A stretch of 64,000 bases of DNA from Scyliorhinus canicula. Taxonomy: Eukaryota. The stretch covers positions 219,025,623 to 219,089,622 of the forward strand of contig NC_052149.1 in NCBI RefSeq assembly GCF_902713615.1. Reading direction: 5' to 3'. The position numbers and the translations under genes were made by a program. How positions within the stretch are numbered: the first letter of the stretch is position 1; each line of letters begins with the position of its first letter. Under the pieces are notes generated by a model. The model did no database searches. It was not told the origin of the DNA and saw only the letters and a program-made list of their open reading frames with translations. Shown here in pieces: positions 35,580 to 50,069 of the stretch.

Positions 35580-37520
35580 AATTTTTGTGGTATGAGCTTC
35601 ACTGGTAAGACTGACATTTATGGCCCATCCCTAGATGCTCATTTCAGGGATGTGGACTTTGTTTGCTAGGTCAGCAATTATTGTCCATCCCAAACTGCCC
35701 TTGAGAGGTTGGTGGTGAGCTGCTGCAGTCACCCACATCGTTGTTAGGAAGGGAATTCAAGGGTTTTGACCCAGCGACAGTGAAGGAATTACAATACATT
35801 TCCAAGTCAGAATGTTGAATGACTTGGAGGGGAACTTCCAGGTGGTGGTGTTACCATGTATTTGTTGCCCTTGTCCTCATAGATGGTCGTGGTCATGGGT
35901 TTGGGTAGGTGCTATCTAAGGAGCCTTGGTGAGTTCCTGCTGTGCATCTTGTGCACACTGCTGCTACTTTGTGTCAGTGGTGCAGGGAGTGATTGTTTGT
36001 GGAAGGGTGCTAGTCTAGTGGGCTGCTTTGTTCTGGACGGTGTCAAGCTTGAGAGTTCTTTGAGCTGCACTCATCCAGGCAAGTGGAGAATATTTCATCA
36101 CACTCCTGACTTGTGCCATGTAGATGATGGACAGATTTTGGGGAATCAAGAGGTGGGTTATTCGCCGCAAGATTCATAGCCTCTGGTCTTGCAGCCACTA
36201 TATTTATATGGCTAGTCCAGTTCAGTTTTATGGTCAATGGTAGGATGTTGATAGTAGGATTCAGTGATGGTAATGCCATTGAATGTCAAGGAGTGATGCT
36301 CACATTCTCTCTGTTGGTGATGGTCATTGCTTGGTATTTGTGCAGCGTGAATATTACTTGCCACTTGACAACCCAAGCCTGGATATTGTCCAGGTCTTGT
36401 TGTAATTGGACATGGACTGCTTCAGTATCTGAGAAGTCGTGAATGATGCTGAACATTGTGCAGTCATCAGCGAACATCTCCATTTCTGTCCTTATGATAG
36501 AAGGAAGTTCATTGATGAAGCAGGTGAAAATGGTTGGGCCAAGGACATTATCCTGAGGAACTCATGCAGCAATGTCCTGGAGTTGAGATGACTGACCCTT
36601 AACAACCACAACCATCTTACTTTGTAGTAGGTATGATTTGAACTAGTTGAGTTTCCGCTCTGTTTTCCATTGACTCCAGTTTTTCTAGGGCTCCTTGATG
36701 CCATACTCCGTCAAATGTGGCCTTGGTGTCAAGGGGAGTCACACTCGTCTCATGTCATGAATGCAACAATTTTTTTTGTTTGCCCATGTTTGAACCAAGG
36801 CTGCAATGAAGTCAGGAACTTAGTGGCCCTGGCGGAACCCAAACTGTGCAGGTTATGTTTAACAAAGTGCTGCAAGATTGCATTGTTGATGACAACAGTG
36901 ATGGACCATGACCCCTTGAAACCAGTGTAGTATAGGTGCTCTAGCAATGTTTTTGGGTTGGGAGTTCCAGGACTTTGACCAAATGAAAATGAAGACAATA
37001 TATGCCCAATTTAGGATGATGTGAGATTTGAAGGCAAGCAGATAGATGGCAAACGCCTGCACCTGCTACCCTTGTCCTCAGTGGGGCAGTTGTGGGTTTT
37101 GGAGATGATGACAAATAAACCTTGGCATGTGCACCCTATCGATAGTACAAACAACACATGGTGGTTTAGGCTAGTGCATGAAGTGATGAACAAACACATT
37201 TATTTTCTTGGGTGAAGATGAACTTCTTGAGTGTTGTAACACCCCCCCCCATCCAGGCAAGTCGAGAATATTGCATCACACTTGTGACTTATTGACACAT
37301 TTGCAAACATTGACACATTACAATTGGTCCCCAGCTCCAAATCATCAATGTAAATTGTGCTTTGTGGTCGGTGGAGAGGCTTTCAAGAATTAGCGGGTGA
37401 GCCGGAATATCCAAAATCTGACCATGTCTAATAGCATTTACGTGACTGGTCCAATTGAGCTTCTAGGTATTGGTGATCCCAGAATATTGATAGTGTGGGA
37501 TTCTATGATGGTAATGTCAT
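35580..37520 (-). mobile_element. Degraded non-LTR retrotransposon RT fragments (CR1/L2 group)
   Basis: MFADDCTMF..LQQDLDNIQAW..KWQV.F remnant; multiple frameshifts and a repeated 3' segment. Confidence 0.7.
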
Positions 37521-39274
37521 TGATTGTCATGTTTCGGCACTCGGAGAACATGATTTTTAAAGTTGGAGTTTAAAATGTGAACAGGCTCAACCTGTTGCAA
37601 CTTCCACTACCCTTGTTCCAGCATTGTGCATGTGTTAAAGATGTACAAAGTTTACTCATTCTTGAGACTCTCCCTAATGAAAAGGAAAATTAGGCTGGCT
37701 GAGTTGGGTTGTGCAAAACTGACTTAATTAAAAAACAAAATCACAGCAGTACCTATTAGAGGTATGTCACATTCTGGCCCTAAAACTACTTATAACTGAC
37801 ATTCGCTGCTCTGTGGAATCATCCAGATTGTGTGACACTGCAGTACAGCCCAAGGAGGATACTAGCGCTTCATTTTGTACAATGCAGAAGCACTGTAGCC
37901 AGCATGTTTTATTTTGTGTCACAAGCTAAACTCTGGAAAGGTTATTAGCAGCGCTGCCCCACCAAGTACATTCTTCCCATGCTGTAGTGAATTGGAAATG
38001 ATAACATACCCCAAACATAGTGTAAAGACATAATTTCAATTTCTCCAGTACAATAGAATTTTGGAAAACTTAAACTTTGTTTGAAAAAGCTACAGGCATT
38101 TAAATCTAAATGACCTTACGTAGTCAAATGATGCCAGATCGATAAAAGGTATTTTCCCAGGAATAACTAACAAAACAAGAATGAGTAAGCAAGTAAACCT
38201 GAGTTGCAGACCAATCCTTTCTCAAGGACAGTATAAGGTTGGCATTGGCACAGTCTGGGAACGTGCTGCCTGTTGACTCCGGTGTTCCACTCTAGGCAAA
38301 TAGCAAAACCAATATACCATTGAATTTGTAAATGTGTTACATGACAAAATCATACTGACCTGAAGGTCACAAGTTCAGTTGTGCTGAGTTAATGGATTGC
38401 AGTTGAAACGATGGTAGCGTTTCTTTAATCGGTCCTTATGCCACTGAACCAAGGAAGAAACATCAGGTGGGTTTCCTGGTCCTGATCACTGTCCTGTCTT
38501 CCCAACTGAAAGTGCATTTGTGCAGGAAGCAAATGAAGACAGAATTAAGCTCAACTTGGTGTCCTTAGTCATTGTTTAAGTTTGCACTGAGAAAAGTGTG
38601 GTGGACAGCGTGTTGTAGATGACTGGTATCTGTGGAACTGTTCGCCTAACAAGTCAGCACCCTCAAGAGATCAGGAATGAACAATATTGAAACAAATTGT
38701 TGACATCCATTGTCTCTTTTTAAGAGTTTGTCTGCTTTACCCTAAGGAATCTTTAAATTTATATACAAATATATGAGTAGAACATTTTAAGTCACTAGAA
38801 GCTACTGGTTTACACAGTGAATTTATAGATCTCTTAAAAGTACTGAAGGCACCCAAGCGTATTTTTCTGTTCAGTACAGCCCCGGTTCAAGCTTAACATG
38901 TGGTCCTACTATCCTCTGTCTTGTATTTAGACAGACATGAACCTGCTCAAACAATTAAAATAAGTTGAAGAGGAATGTACTGTGATACATTAAGGATTAC
39001 TTTGAGAGTTTCACTAATCATGAATTTATCTGTTGTGCCAATGAAGGGAAGTACACTACTTATACAGTAGTTCACTTTGATATGTGTCAGTATAGTTTTT
39101 AAAAATAATTTATGGGATGAAATTATCACAGGTATTTTCTTGTCTTTGAAAAGGTGGGACTGAACCGCTGCAGTCCACGGGGTGTAGGTGCACCCACAAT
39201 GTTGGTAAATCAGGAGTTCCAGGATTTTGACCCAGTGATGTTGAAAGAACAGTAACCTATTTCCAAGCCAGGAT

Positions 39275-40113
39275 ATTGGATTGGATTGGATTTGTTTATT
39301 GTCACGTGTACCGAGGTACAGTGAAAAGTATTTTTCTGCAAGCAGCTCAACAGATCATTTAGTACATGGGAAAAAAAGGGAATTAAACAAAATTCAAGAA
39401 AATACATAATAGGGCATCACAAGATATACAATGTAACTACATAAGCATTGGCATCGGATGAAGCATACAGGGTGTAGTGTTAATGAGGTCAGTCAATAAG
39501 AGGGTCATTTAGGAGTCTGGTGACAGTGGGGAAGAAGCTGTTTTTGAGTCTGTTTGTGTGTGTTCTCAGACTTCTGTATCTCCTGCCCGATGGAAGAAGT
39601 TGGAAAAGTGAGTAAGCCGGGTGGGAGGGATCCTTGATTATGCTGCCCGCTTTCACCAGGCAGCGGGAGGTGTAGATGGAGTCCATGGATGGGAGGCAGG
39701 TTCGTGTGATGGACTGGGCGGTATTCACAACTCTCTGAAGTTCCTTGCGGTCCTGGGCCGAGCAGTTGCCATACCAAGCTGTGATGCAGCCCGATAGAAT
39801 GCTTTCTATGGTGCATCTGTAAAAGTTGGTAAGGGTTAATGTGGACATGCCGAATTTCCTTAGTTTCCTGAGGAAGTATAGGCGCTGTTGTGCTTTCTTA
39901 GTGATAGCGTCGATGTGAGTGGGCCAGGACAGATTTTTGGTGATATGCACCCCTAGGAATTTGAAGCTGCTAACCATCTCCACCTCGGCCCCGTTGATGC
40001 TGACAGGGGTGTGCACAGTACTTTGCTTCCTGAAGTCAATGACCAGCTCTTTAGTTTTGCTGGCATTGAGGGAGAGATTGTTGTTGTTACACCACTCCAC
40101 CAGGTTCTCTATC
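39275..40113 (-). mobile_element. Rex1/Babar-like LINE 3' fragment
   Basis: Open 213-aa ORF nearly identical to 8905-9399; same 3' UTR and (aatcc)n tail. Confidence 0.88.
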
Positions 40114-40298
40114 TCTATGCGTGTCTTCAAAAAGAATTTCCTGATGTTTGTGTTGCCATGTGCCTGCTGCTCGTTTTCCTCCAGTTACTAGAGGTTGTGA
40201 GTTGGGAAGGTGCTGCATTGCATCCAGTAGATGGTTCACAATGCAACCATGCTCTAATATTGCCTTGTGTAGCTTGTGACATTCAGGATGTTTTATTA

Positions 40299-40505
40299 CG
40301 GCAGCAAGGTGATGCAGTGGTTAGCCTCACGGCGCCGAGGTCCCAGATTCGATCCCGGCCCTTGGTCACTGTCTGTGTGGTGTTTGCACATTCTCCCCAT
40401 GTTTGCATGGGTTTTGCCCCCGCAACTCAAAGATGTGCCGGATAGGTGGATTGGCCACGCTAAATTTCCCCTTAATTGGAAAAATTAATTGGGTATTCTA
40501 AATTT
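40299..40505 (+). mobile_element. V-domain SINE, type B
   Basis: Same family as 21291. Confidence 0.78.
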
Positions 40506-40721
40506 ATGTTTAAAAAATGGATGTTTTATTACATTACAGTTGCTATATTAATAACAAGTTTTCGTTGTTTGACTTATGACGTGTAGACAAAGGAAAGGCT
40601 TTGGGGAGTCAAGATGAGTTACTCACTGCAAAATTACTAGCTCTGATGTGCATTTGTAGCCACAGTATTTATGTAAGTAGTCCAGTTATGTTTCTGGTCA
40701 ATGGGAATCCCAGAATGTTCA

Positions 40722-41070
40722 TATAGAACAATACAGCACAGAACAGGCCCTTCAGCCCTCAATGTTGTGCCGAGCCATGATCACCCTACTTAAACCCACA
40801 TATCCACCCTACACCCGTAACCCAACCCCCCCCCCCCCCCCCCCCCTTAACCTTACATTTATTAGGACACTACGGGCAATTTAGCATGGCCAATCCACCT
40901 AACCCGCACATCTTTGGACTGTGGGAGGAAACCGGAGCACCCGGAGGAAACCCACACACACAGGGGGAGGACGTGCAGACTCCACACAGACAGTGACCCA
41001 GCCGGGAATCGAACCTGGGACCCTGGAGCTGTGAAGCATTTATGCTAACCACCATGCTACCCTGCTGCCC
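40722..41070 (-). mobile_element. Young HE1-type V-SINE, type A
   Basis: Near-identical to 17186 and 20228, with an expanded internal C/G run. Confidence 0.85.
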
Positions 41071-41079
41071 TAAATATTA

Positions 41080-41250
41080 AAAACTAAATATGAAAATGTT
41101 GGGAAAACTCAACAGATCTGGCAGCATCTGTGGAAAAGGAAGCAGAGTTAACTTGGTTTCCCTCTCCACAGACGCTGCTAAAACTGCTGAGATTTTACTG
41201 TATTTTCAGTTTTTATTTCAGATTTCCAGCATCCATAGTATTTTGCTTTT
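41080..41250. repeat. Palindromic (hairpin) repeat, Penelope-like terminal remnant
   Basis: ggcagcatctgtgga..gg / ctctccacagacgctgc inverted arms; related pieces at about 18210, 19100, 23560 and 51350. Confidence 0.55.
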
Positions 41251-41934
41251 ATCCCACACTGCTGCTGGTGGAGGAATTCAGTAATGGTAATACCACTGCT
41301 GGTCAAGGGGAGGTGGTTAGACTGTAATTAAAGATGTTCATTGCTTGATACCATCCTTGGTCTGAGGTTATTGGTCTCCAACAAGCACAATGATAATTTT
41401 TTCTGCTCGGTTTGACTCCCACTACTGCCAAGTTTTCCTCTAATTGCCATCACTTCAATTTTACTAGGGCTCCTTGATGCCACACTTTATAAAATACTGA
41501 CTTGCTGTTGAGCCCAGTCACTGTCACCTCACCTCACCTCTGATATTCTGCTCTTTTGTTCATGTTTGGACCAAGATTGTGATGAGGTCTAGAGCTAGGT
41601 GGGGCCCAAACTAAACGTTAGTTAGCAGATTATTGTTGAATCTTCTACTTGCTGCCACAAAGAATAGTTTCCTAATGTGACTACAGGTCTCTTGGGTAGG
41701 CTCAATTGGTACCATTTGTGGATTCAAGCTCGATATCAGGAGTTTTGGTTTGAATTCTAAGGTGACAATATTGATGGAGGACTATCTTGCACAGAATTAA
41801 TCAGAAAAAGGTTTTGGGACCGTTTGAAGCATTGCTGTCATGTAATGTCTGAAATTGTAAGATTTAAGGCATGTTGTTTTCCAGATATTACACCCTCTGT
41901 GGACCATTATCTTCCCAGTGCGACAACATTGTAG

Positions 41935-42069
<135 letters not shown>

Positions 42070-42447
42070 TGAATTACCTTTCTCTCTATCTGTTACTTGG
42101 AGAGATTGCATACGATTATGGGTTCATGTTACATTTTCAATTGGTATCCTGATAGAATATCTATTTAAACAGATGTTGAGATGTTTAACAAACCTTTGTT
42201 TTTGTTTCAAACCAATGTTGCATTGATGTAAATGGAAAGCATACCACTGAGTCATGCGTGGAAGCTAGTGATACAGGAATAATGCATTAGCTCTGTTCCT
42301 CCCTAAGCAAGGAGAGTGTTAACAAATACTTCACAATGACAATTCCCCTGTAAAAAAATGGAAAAGATTGTTAGGGCAGGCACACTTTTGTATATATATA
42401 TATATATATATATATGGACACATTAAAATTGAATTGGGGAAATTTGT

Positions 42448-43581
42448 ACAGTACGGTGGCACAGTAGTTAAAACTGCTGACTCTCAGCACCAAGGACCTG
42501 GGTTCAATTCCCACTTCAGGTGACTGTGTGGAGTCTGCATGTTCTCCCTGTATCTTTGTGATTTCCTCCAGGTGCTCTGGTTTCCTCCCACAATCCAAAA
42601 ATGTGTAGATTAGGTGGGGTTATGGGACTAAGGCGGGGTAGTGGGCTTCAGTATGGTGCACTTTTGGAGGATCGGTGCAGATTCAATGGGTCGAATGGGC
42701 TCCTTCTGCACTGTAGGGATTCTATGCATGTTGGCAGCATTTGCTGAAGCACCAGGGACTGCTGGGGGGAACTAAGGCATTCCCATGGAGCTGCTTGACT
42801 CCCAGTATTTACATTTGTAATTGAATAAATCTTCACCTGGACACCTTCATAGGATATGCTTTATTTCTTTTAGGAGGTTGAAATAATGAATTTGCATGTC
42901 AAATAGGGGTGTTTGGGTTCGAGTCCAAAGTTACTTAGTGAAGGAACAGTCGGGGGGGGGAATTCAGAGTACTGCTGCCTTACAATGCCAGGGACCCGGG
43001 TTTGATTCCGACCTTGCACGAGTGTGTGAAGTTTGTGCATTCTCCCCGTATCTACGTGTGTTTCCTCTGGGTGCTCCGGTTTCCTCCCACAGTTCAAAGA
43101 TATGGAAGTTCGGTGGATTGGCCATGCTAAAATAGCCTCTTAATGTCCAAAGTTTAGATGGGATTACGGGAATAGGACTGGAGAGTGGGCCAAGTAGGGT
43201 GCTCTTCCAGAGGGTCGGTGCAGACTCGACCGACCCAATGACCCCCTTCTGCACTATAGGGTTACTATTATTCTAATGGCAATGTACAAGCAGTTCAGTG
43301 AGGGGGACACCTAAACCATTTCGAAGCAAGTTCTCTGCCAGAGAATATTTTGCTTATTTATTTATTTTTTAAACTTTAGAGTACCCAATTCATTATTTTC
43401 CAATTAAGGGGTAATTTAGCAGGGCCAATCCACCTACCCTGCACATCTTTGTGTTGTGGGGGCGAAACCCACACAAACACGGGGGGAATGTGCAAACTCC
43501 ACACGGACGGTGACCCAGATCGAACCTGGGACATCGGTGCCGTGAGACAGCAGTGGTATCTACTGCTCCACCGTGCTGCCC
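42448..43581. mobile_element. Cluster of three V-domain SINEs (plus 42448-42725, plus 42966-43270, minus 43376-43581)
   Basis: Each has the tRNA-like head and V-domain. Confidence 0.75.
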
Positions 43582-43740
43582 TATATATTTTGTTTATTGA
43601 ACAATCAACAGTAACAAAGATTTTTAAATCAATTATGTAACATTCCACGTATCACACTAACTATTAAACAACAATGAACCGTCTCAGTTCCATATCAGGG
43701 TACCCATTGTAATTTGCTTTGTCTTTTGCTCTTTTTCCAG

Positions 43741-43821
43741 TTCTCTGTAGGATTTCAACGTTTAAAGGGAAGAAGATGCCTGTTTCCTTTTGGGTTGCAT
43801 TGCACTGGCATGCCGATCAAG
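43741..43821 (+). CDS. LARS1: LARS1 exon 4
   Basis: cag|[27 protein letters not shown]|gt. Confidence 0.95.
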
Positions 43822-45223
43822 GTTATTTATTTATATTTAGCTATATGTTCATCAATCTATTTTTGATTAGATTGTTTAGTGTTGACAATAGCTTTTATAG
43901 CTTGACTTTCAATTTTTCTTGTTCTACCAAAAACATTAAACTTTATTGGAGAGTTTGCAATGATGAACACCATACGCAGAAGTTGCAGACTAAAGATGAA
44001 TGAAGGTCAGCCGGGTCACATTACACTCCGTTTTCTATTCAGCCAAGAGAACAAAATGGTGGAGTTTGAGTTTCAATTTATTTTTGAACATACATTTTTC
44101 TTCACACACTCCATTATATAAAACAAATACTTATGCAGCCTCAGGTAGACATCCATAGATGACAGCAGCTATCCAATCCAATTCACACTTCGTGCAGACG
44201 CTCAACATTGAGCTATTTAACCATGAATGGTACCATAGCTGGGTCCTACTCTGTATTCATCACTTATTATTCACAAACGCATGTGACTTCCTGCCGATGG
44301 CACTGGATTACTATCAGAAATGGTAATCCTTGTTTGTTTTTATTTCCCTCAGTCACTAGATTGAAGTGCTGACACAATTTCCTTAGCTTGGATTGACTAA
44401 GCTACTTGAACATTGACCATGTGTTGAACCTGGGGCTCATTAAATTGTAAAGCTTCGTATCCCAAAACACATAAGGCAGGATTTTACATCTCTTCCCGCC
44501 AATTTCTGGACTTCTGGTCCAGCCAAAGTCAACCTTTTGGGGCGGGTTCCCCGACGGTGGGGTGGGCAAGCCATATAAAAGCCTATAGGCTTTGGCGGGG
44601 CCAGAAGATCCTGCCAGCGGCCAATGGCTTGCCACATTCTCAGCGGAAAATCTCGCCGTAGGGAAGGGGATCCCAACCATATTTTAAAGCTGGAAACCAG
44701 TCCTTGTTTGGAGCTCTGTAAATGGTGCAGTTGGCAAACAAGTTGTTTGTTGGGGTGCTGAATCGTACAGACCAGAATTTCACAGTGATCGTAACTGAGT
44801 TGGCTGGTAAAAGATGGACCCTGCTCGGTTCATCCTCAAACCAGATGGAATATTTGATTTAGGAGCTAACTATGTGCAAAATGCGAGTAATTACATAGCT
44901 GTTGCTATGATAACCTGCATTTGGAATGTTTTGGTGCTACACCAATAAGGCAGGAACGATCGATTACTTCAGAAAGAATATTGCAACTTTTAAAACCGAA
45001 GCAGACATGAATGGCAAGCATTACCTTGGATACCCAAGATGAAGAAAATAAAATGCTGAAATAAGTAGCATGATGGTATTTCATCTACTGTCCTTTATCA
45101 GAAACTGATTTATCTGTACATTTCCAACACTTTCTGGTTGTGTTTAACTTTGCTAACATTAAAAGTTTTGGGTGTTATCACTTGAATTGTCTTTTCATGA
45201 GCAGCTTTCTTTCACTGTGACAG

Positions 45224-45364
45224 GCTTGTGCCGACAAATTGAAGCGGGAGCTGGAGTTGTACGGCAACCCACCTCAATTCCCGGAGGAGGAGGAAGAGGA
45301 AGAGAAACCAGCAAAAGTTCAGGAAGAGGAAACTATTATTAAGGACAAGGCAAAGGGCAAAAAA
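45224..45364 (+). CDS. LARS1: LARS1 exon 5
   Basis: cag|[47 protein letters not shown]|gtatgc. Confidence 0.95.
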
Positions 45365-45597
45365 GTATGCAGTGTTTATCAGTAATTGACCTTTACTACG
45401 AATGTTTAATGTTGACATTTTATTTGTGTTCATAAAAATGTCCAATATGTTCAGATATGAAAATCTCCTTTTATTCTTTATTTAAATAGCTAGTTTTATA
45501 GTGTGCATTAGCATAATGAATTCCTGATCTCGGCTATAATTCTGAGTTTTTCTCAAAGGCATGGACCGCCTGCACAAAACTGAGTTGGAATTTATTT

Positions 45598-45815
45598 TTA
45601 GTTGGTTTAGATCACTTGGCTAACAGCTGGTTTGTGATGCTGACCAGGGCCGGCAGTGCGGGTTTAATTCCCGTACAAGCTGAGGTTATTCATGAAGGCG
45701 CTCTCAACCTTGCCCCTCCCCTGAGGTGTGGTGATTCTCAGGTTAGATCACCACCAGTCAACTCTCTCCCTCAATGGGGAAAGCAGCCCATGGTCATCTG
45801 GGACTGTACCTTTAA
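45598..45815 (+). mobile_element. tRNA-derived SINE of a further family
   Basis: A/B-box-like head (tggtttagatcacttgg ... ggtttaattccc) similar to the type D head but with a different body. Confidence 0.5.
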
Positions 45816-46357
45816 TTTGAGAACATTGAGAGAGGTTTGACATTTGCTTCTGGAATTCAGCTAAGGATATGGATGGTTAGGAGGACACAAAGTCGTTATT
45901 TAGAAGCTTGTTAACGATTTTAAAGTGGTGTATAAGAGGCATGGGATCAACCCTGCAGTGTTAAATTTCTGGTCTGCACGAAACAATCTTGCAGGTTTTA
46001 TTGTCAAAAGGTACTCCGTAAGTGGAGTTGGTGTCTCCTACAATTTGGAGAGTACCTTAATTGCCCAGTATTTTAGTTAAATTATAGCCTGGTACAAGAA
46101 CTTTAACAATAAGACCCCTTTCTGAGAATACTGAATAGTGTGATCTTGCATATATCATTTGCAATCTCCAGTCTTACAGGAGGTGCACACCCACAGGCAG
46201 AGGGGTTTAAGGAGGGAATTTCAGAGCTTCAGTCTTGGACAGATGAAGGCACGGATAGCAATAATGGGTCAAATGAGGAGGCGGATACCCAAGAGGCCAA
46301 AGATGATGAACATAGAGCTGAAGAAGATTACAGAGATCAGGAGGGATGAAAAAAAAA

Positions 46358-46527
46358 TGAAAATCGCTTATTGTCACGAGTAGACTTCAATGAAGTTACT
46401 GTGAAAAGCCCCTAGTCACCACATTCCGGCACCTGTTCGGGGAGGCTGTTACGGGAATCAAACCGTGCTGCTGGCCGGCTTGGTCTACTTTCAAAGCCAG
46501 AGATTTAGCCCAGTGTGCTAAACAGCC
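46358..46527 (-). mobile_element. Short tRNA-derived SINE, type D
   Basis: Same family as 5416. Confidence 0.78.
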
Positions 46528-47447
46528 TCATGGGATGAGACCATGAAGGAATTTAAGCCCAAGAATGTTAATTTAGAGGTATTGCTGATGTGGAAGTAAT
46601 GTAGCTCAGCAAGCACAGGGATACCGGATGAATGGTGGTGTGAGTTAGAATATAAGCAGCAGACTTTGGAGAAGGTTAAGTTATGGAGGGTGAAAAATTA
46701 AATGCCAGCCCATGCAGCTTTGGCACGCTTGAGTGTGGAGATAACACATATGTGGATGAGGGTTTCAATGGTAGATGAGTTGAATTATTGGCAGAGATGG
46801 CTGACATTACAGAAGTGAAAGTAGACCCTGTTGGTGACAGAATTTGAGATTGTAATTTTAGCTCTGGATCAATAGGATGTTGAGGTTGCAAACTGTCTGG
46901 TTCAGCCTGTTGAAGAAGGGTGGGATGGGTGGCTAAGGAATACAATTTGTGACAGGGACCAAAGCAACTGCTTCAAACTTTGCAACATTTAATTGGAGGA
47001 AACTTTGCCTCTGTAGGGCTGGATGTCAACAAACAATTTGGTAACACAGCGTTGAAGGCATTCTGAGGTGGTAGAGAGGTAAAGCTGGATGTTTTCACCG
47101 TACCTGTGGAATCGGAGTGTAAACAGACAGTAGTGAATAGACCACCCATTTTACACTGGGAAGGAAACTTGGGTGAGGTGTATAACAGGCAACTGATCTG
47201 TCATTTCCCATCTGCCCCCGCCAAAGTTATTTTCACCCCATTCTTCTTGTGCCAATTTATGGAAGAATGAAGAATTGTTATATCATTGAATTTGATGGGC
47301 CAGGAATGTTACGACCTCCACTGGACACAGAGGAGAAATACTTGTCAGAGTTTACATTCCTAATTATGTTTCAAGATTTACTTCTGAACAGCCTCCTTTT
47401 GGTTGATTTTCGTTGCTTATTTTGTTTTGCTTGCACCTAATCTGCAG

Positions 47448-47609
47448 AGTAAAGCTGCTGCCAAGACTGGCGGGGCCAAGTTCCAGTGGAACATCATGAG
47501 ATCTTTGGGTCTTTCTGATGAAGAGATTGTGAAGTTTGCAGAAGCTGAACACTGGCTTGATTATTTTCCAGTGATGGCTGTCCAGGATCTGAAGAGAATG
47601 GGGTTAAAG
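47448..47609 (+). CDS. LARS1: LARS1 exon 6
   Basis: cag|SKAAAKTGGAKFQWNIMRSLGLSDEEIVKFAEAEHWLDYFPVMAVQDLKRMGLK|gt. Confidence 0.95.
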
Positions 47610-47997
47610 GTCTGTTTCAAGTCTCAAAGTCAAGGGACAAAACTTGTGAATTTTTATTTCTCTCCCATGTCATTTTTAAACATCAACCCCTTTAAGCCAA
47701 TAAAGCCCAGATGTTAGATTGGGGTTTGAATGGTTCATGTATTGTCAGATTTTAATCTGAATTCCAAAGTAGCTCATAATAGAGTGGAATGTTACTGCCA
47801 GTTGTAAAGAATGTTCGTCAAATCAGTTTAGATAATATAAGCCCACTTTCTAGTGAGTATAGCTTCCCGACATGGAGATTCTCATAGTTCAGCATTAAAT
47901 TGGCATTCTCACTCTTGAGAATGGCTAATCAGGAAAGTGGATAAAGTTTTGCGAATACAATAAGGAATCTTGTTCTCTGGTCGAAGTTGACCAACAT

Positions 47998-48210
47998 TGG
48001 AGCAGCACAGTGGTTAGCATTGCTGCCTGACGGCGCCGAGGCCCCAGGTTCAATCCCGGCTCTGGGTCACTGTCCGTGTGGAGTTTGCACATTCTCCCCG
48101 TGTTTGCATGGGCTTCGCCCCCACAACCCAAAGATGTGCAGAGTAGATAGATTGGCCACACTAAATTGCCCCGTAATTGGAAAAAATGAATTGGGTACTC
48201 TAAATTTATT
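47998..48210 (+). mobile_element. V-domain SINE, type B
   Basis: Same family as 21291. Confidence 0.8.
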
Positions 48211-48532
48211 TTTTAAAAAGAAGTTGAATAACATAGTTGGAAAGTGTAGAAGCAGCTTTCCTCTGCTTTAACTTGATCCTGATCAGAGTGGGGCATACTG
48301 ATGGTAGTGAGGGCAAAATCTTAATTCTGGAAGGATGATGAGTCAATAAGCATGCCATTTAAAGCTTTAATTAAGATCCTTAGGCAGGGATGGGGGGGTC
48401 AGAGGAGGAGTTTCCAGCTGGAGTTGAGATAGAATAATAACAGAAAATATGATGGTCTCACAAACATTTGATAGTCTTGGGTTGCTTAAATTCATCATGG
48501 AATTTAATCTTAGATTATGTAAATTGTTACAG

Positions 48533-48645
48533 ATTGACTGGCGACGCTCCTTCATCACCACAGATGTAAACCCGTTTTATGATTCGTTTGTGAAATGGCA
48601 ATATCTAATTTTAAAAGAAAGGAAGAAAGTCAAGTTTGGAAAACG
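48533..48645 (+). CDS. LARS1: LARS1 exon 7
   Basis: cag|[37 protein letters not shown](R)|gtatgg. Confidence 0.95.
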
Positions 48646-49835
48646 GTATGGATTTTTGAGGTTGCTGCTAATCCAAATAGAATGTGCCCTTTTGAACTAA
48701 TTTGAGTGATTTCTTCTACTATATAACAAGGCACTAAGAACTTGCATTTCTGTAGAGCTCCTCGTGGAGGAGAATACCTCAATGTGCTTTACCCTATGGA
48801 AAATTAGATGGTGGGGATATTAAACAGGGCATAAAAACTTGGAGGGATTGATGGACGGGTGGGTGTTCAGTGTGGTGAATTAAAGTTTTCCTCAAACTTC
48901 AGGAAGGTTTGATTTGGCATGGAAAAAGGACCTTGGCAGAATTCTGGAGGTGGGTGCATGCTTACTAAGCAGCAGCCCGGGGGGGGGGGAGAGTGAGGGG
49001 TCACAAGGAAAAGCCTGATATTCAAGAACAATGTTTGTGGGGGTTTGTGAATTGCTATGATAAGATGGGCCAAGACCACAAAGGGAGTTGAAAGTGAGAT
49101 CAAGACCTTGAAGGGAGTTAAAAGTGAGATTAAGAATTTAAGTCAATTTGCTTTGATTTGAGGAGCCGGAGGAACTTTGAGAGGACAGGAGATATAATAT
49201 TCTGGGACTTCTGGTGTCTTGGAGATGTGAGCTGCATTATTTTGAATGAGTTGAAGCTTTTGGAAGATTTAGGCAAGGAGGTTATCCAAGAGCCTCTCAA
49301 GTGGTCAAAGGCCAGGACTAAGATTCAGGTGGGTTAGAGATGGATAGTGCTAAAGATACAGACAATAACACTCTTGGTAATGGAGAAAATAGGGGAGGAA
49401 GCTGACTTGTGGACTGCACATCAGAAAAATGTTTTGCGTCGCCTGACTGCCTGAGGTAGCAGCTTGAAGGCTGAAGGAGTTTAAACCAGAGGCACAGGTT
49501 CTCGCAAGACCAGAAAGAGATGATTATAATTTTATTAACAAAGCAGAAAGACATGAAGCAACAGGTCTGTCGGGGGTTTCGGGTAAAGAAGAAGCAGGCC
49601 TCGAGTAAAATCTGGATGTATTGAATACTCCTACATCTCTCAAGTATCTTGGAAATTATCAATGTTCATTAGAATTGCCATATAATTCTTAAGAGATTTT
49701 AGTATATCCAATTGTGTTCTTATTTTCATTCCTTTGTAAATGGTGTATTATATTTGTTGGTGAGAAACATTCCGAAAGCAGATAATTGTATAATTCTCCC
49801 CTTCAAATTAGTGACGGTGTGAATGGAAAGAGTGA

Positions 49836-50069
<234 letters not shown>

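Noticed and set aside
44476-44690. GC-rich MITE-like segment
   Set aside because: Could not establish TIRs or a TSD by eye.
46140-46349. Acidic 69-aa ORF in LARS1 intron 5 as a possible extra exon
   Set aside because: Exons 5 and 6 already join in frame to give the expected KGKK-SKAAAK; the region resembles decayed LINE sequence.
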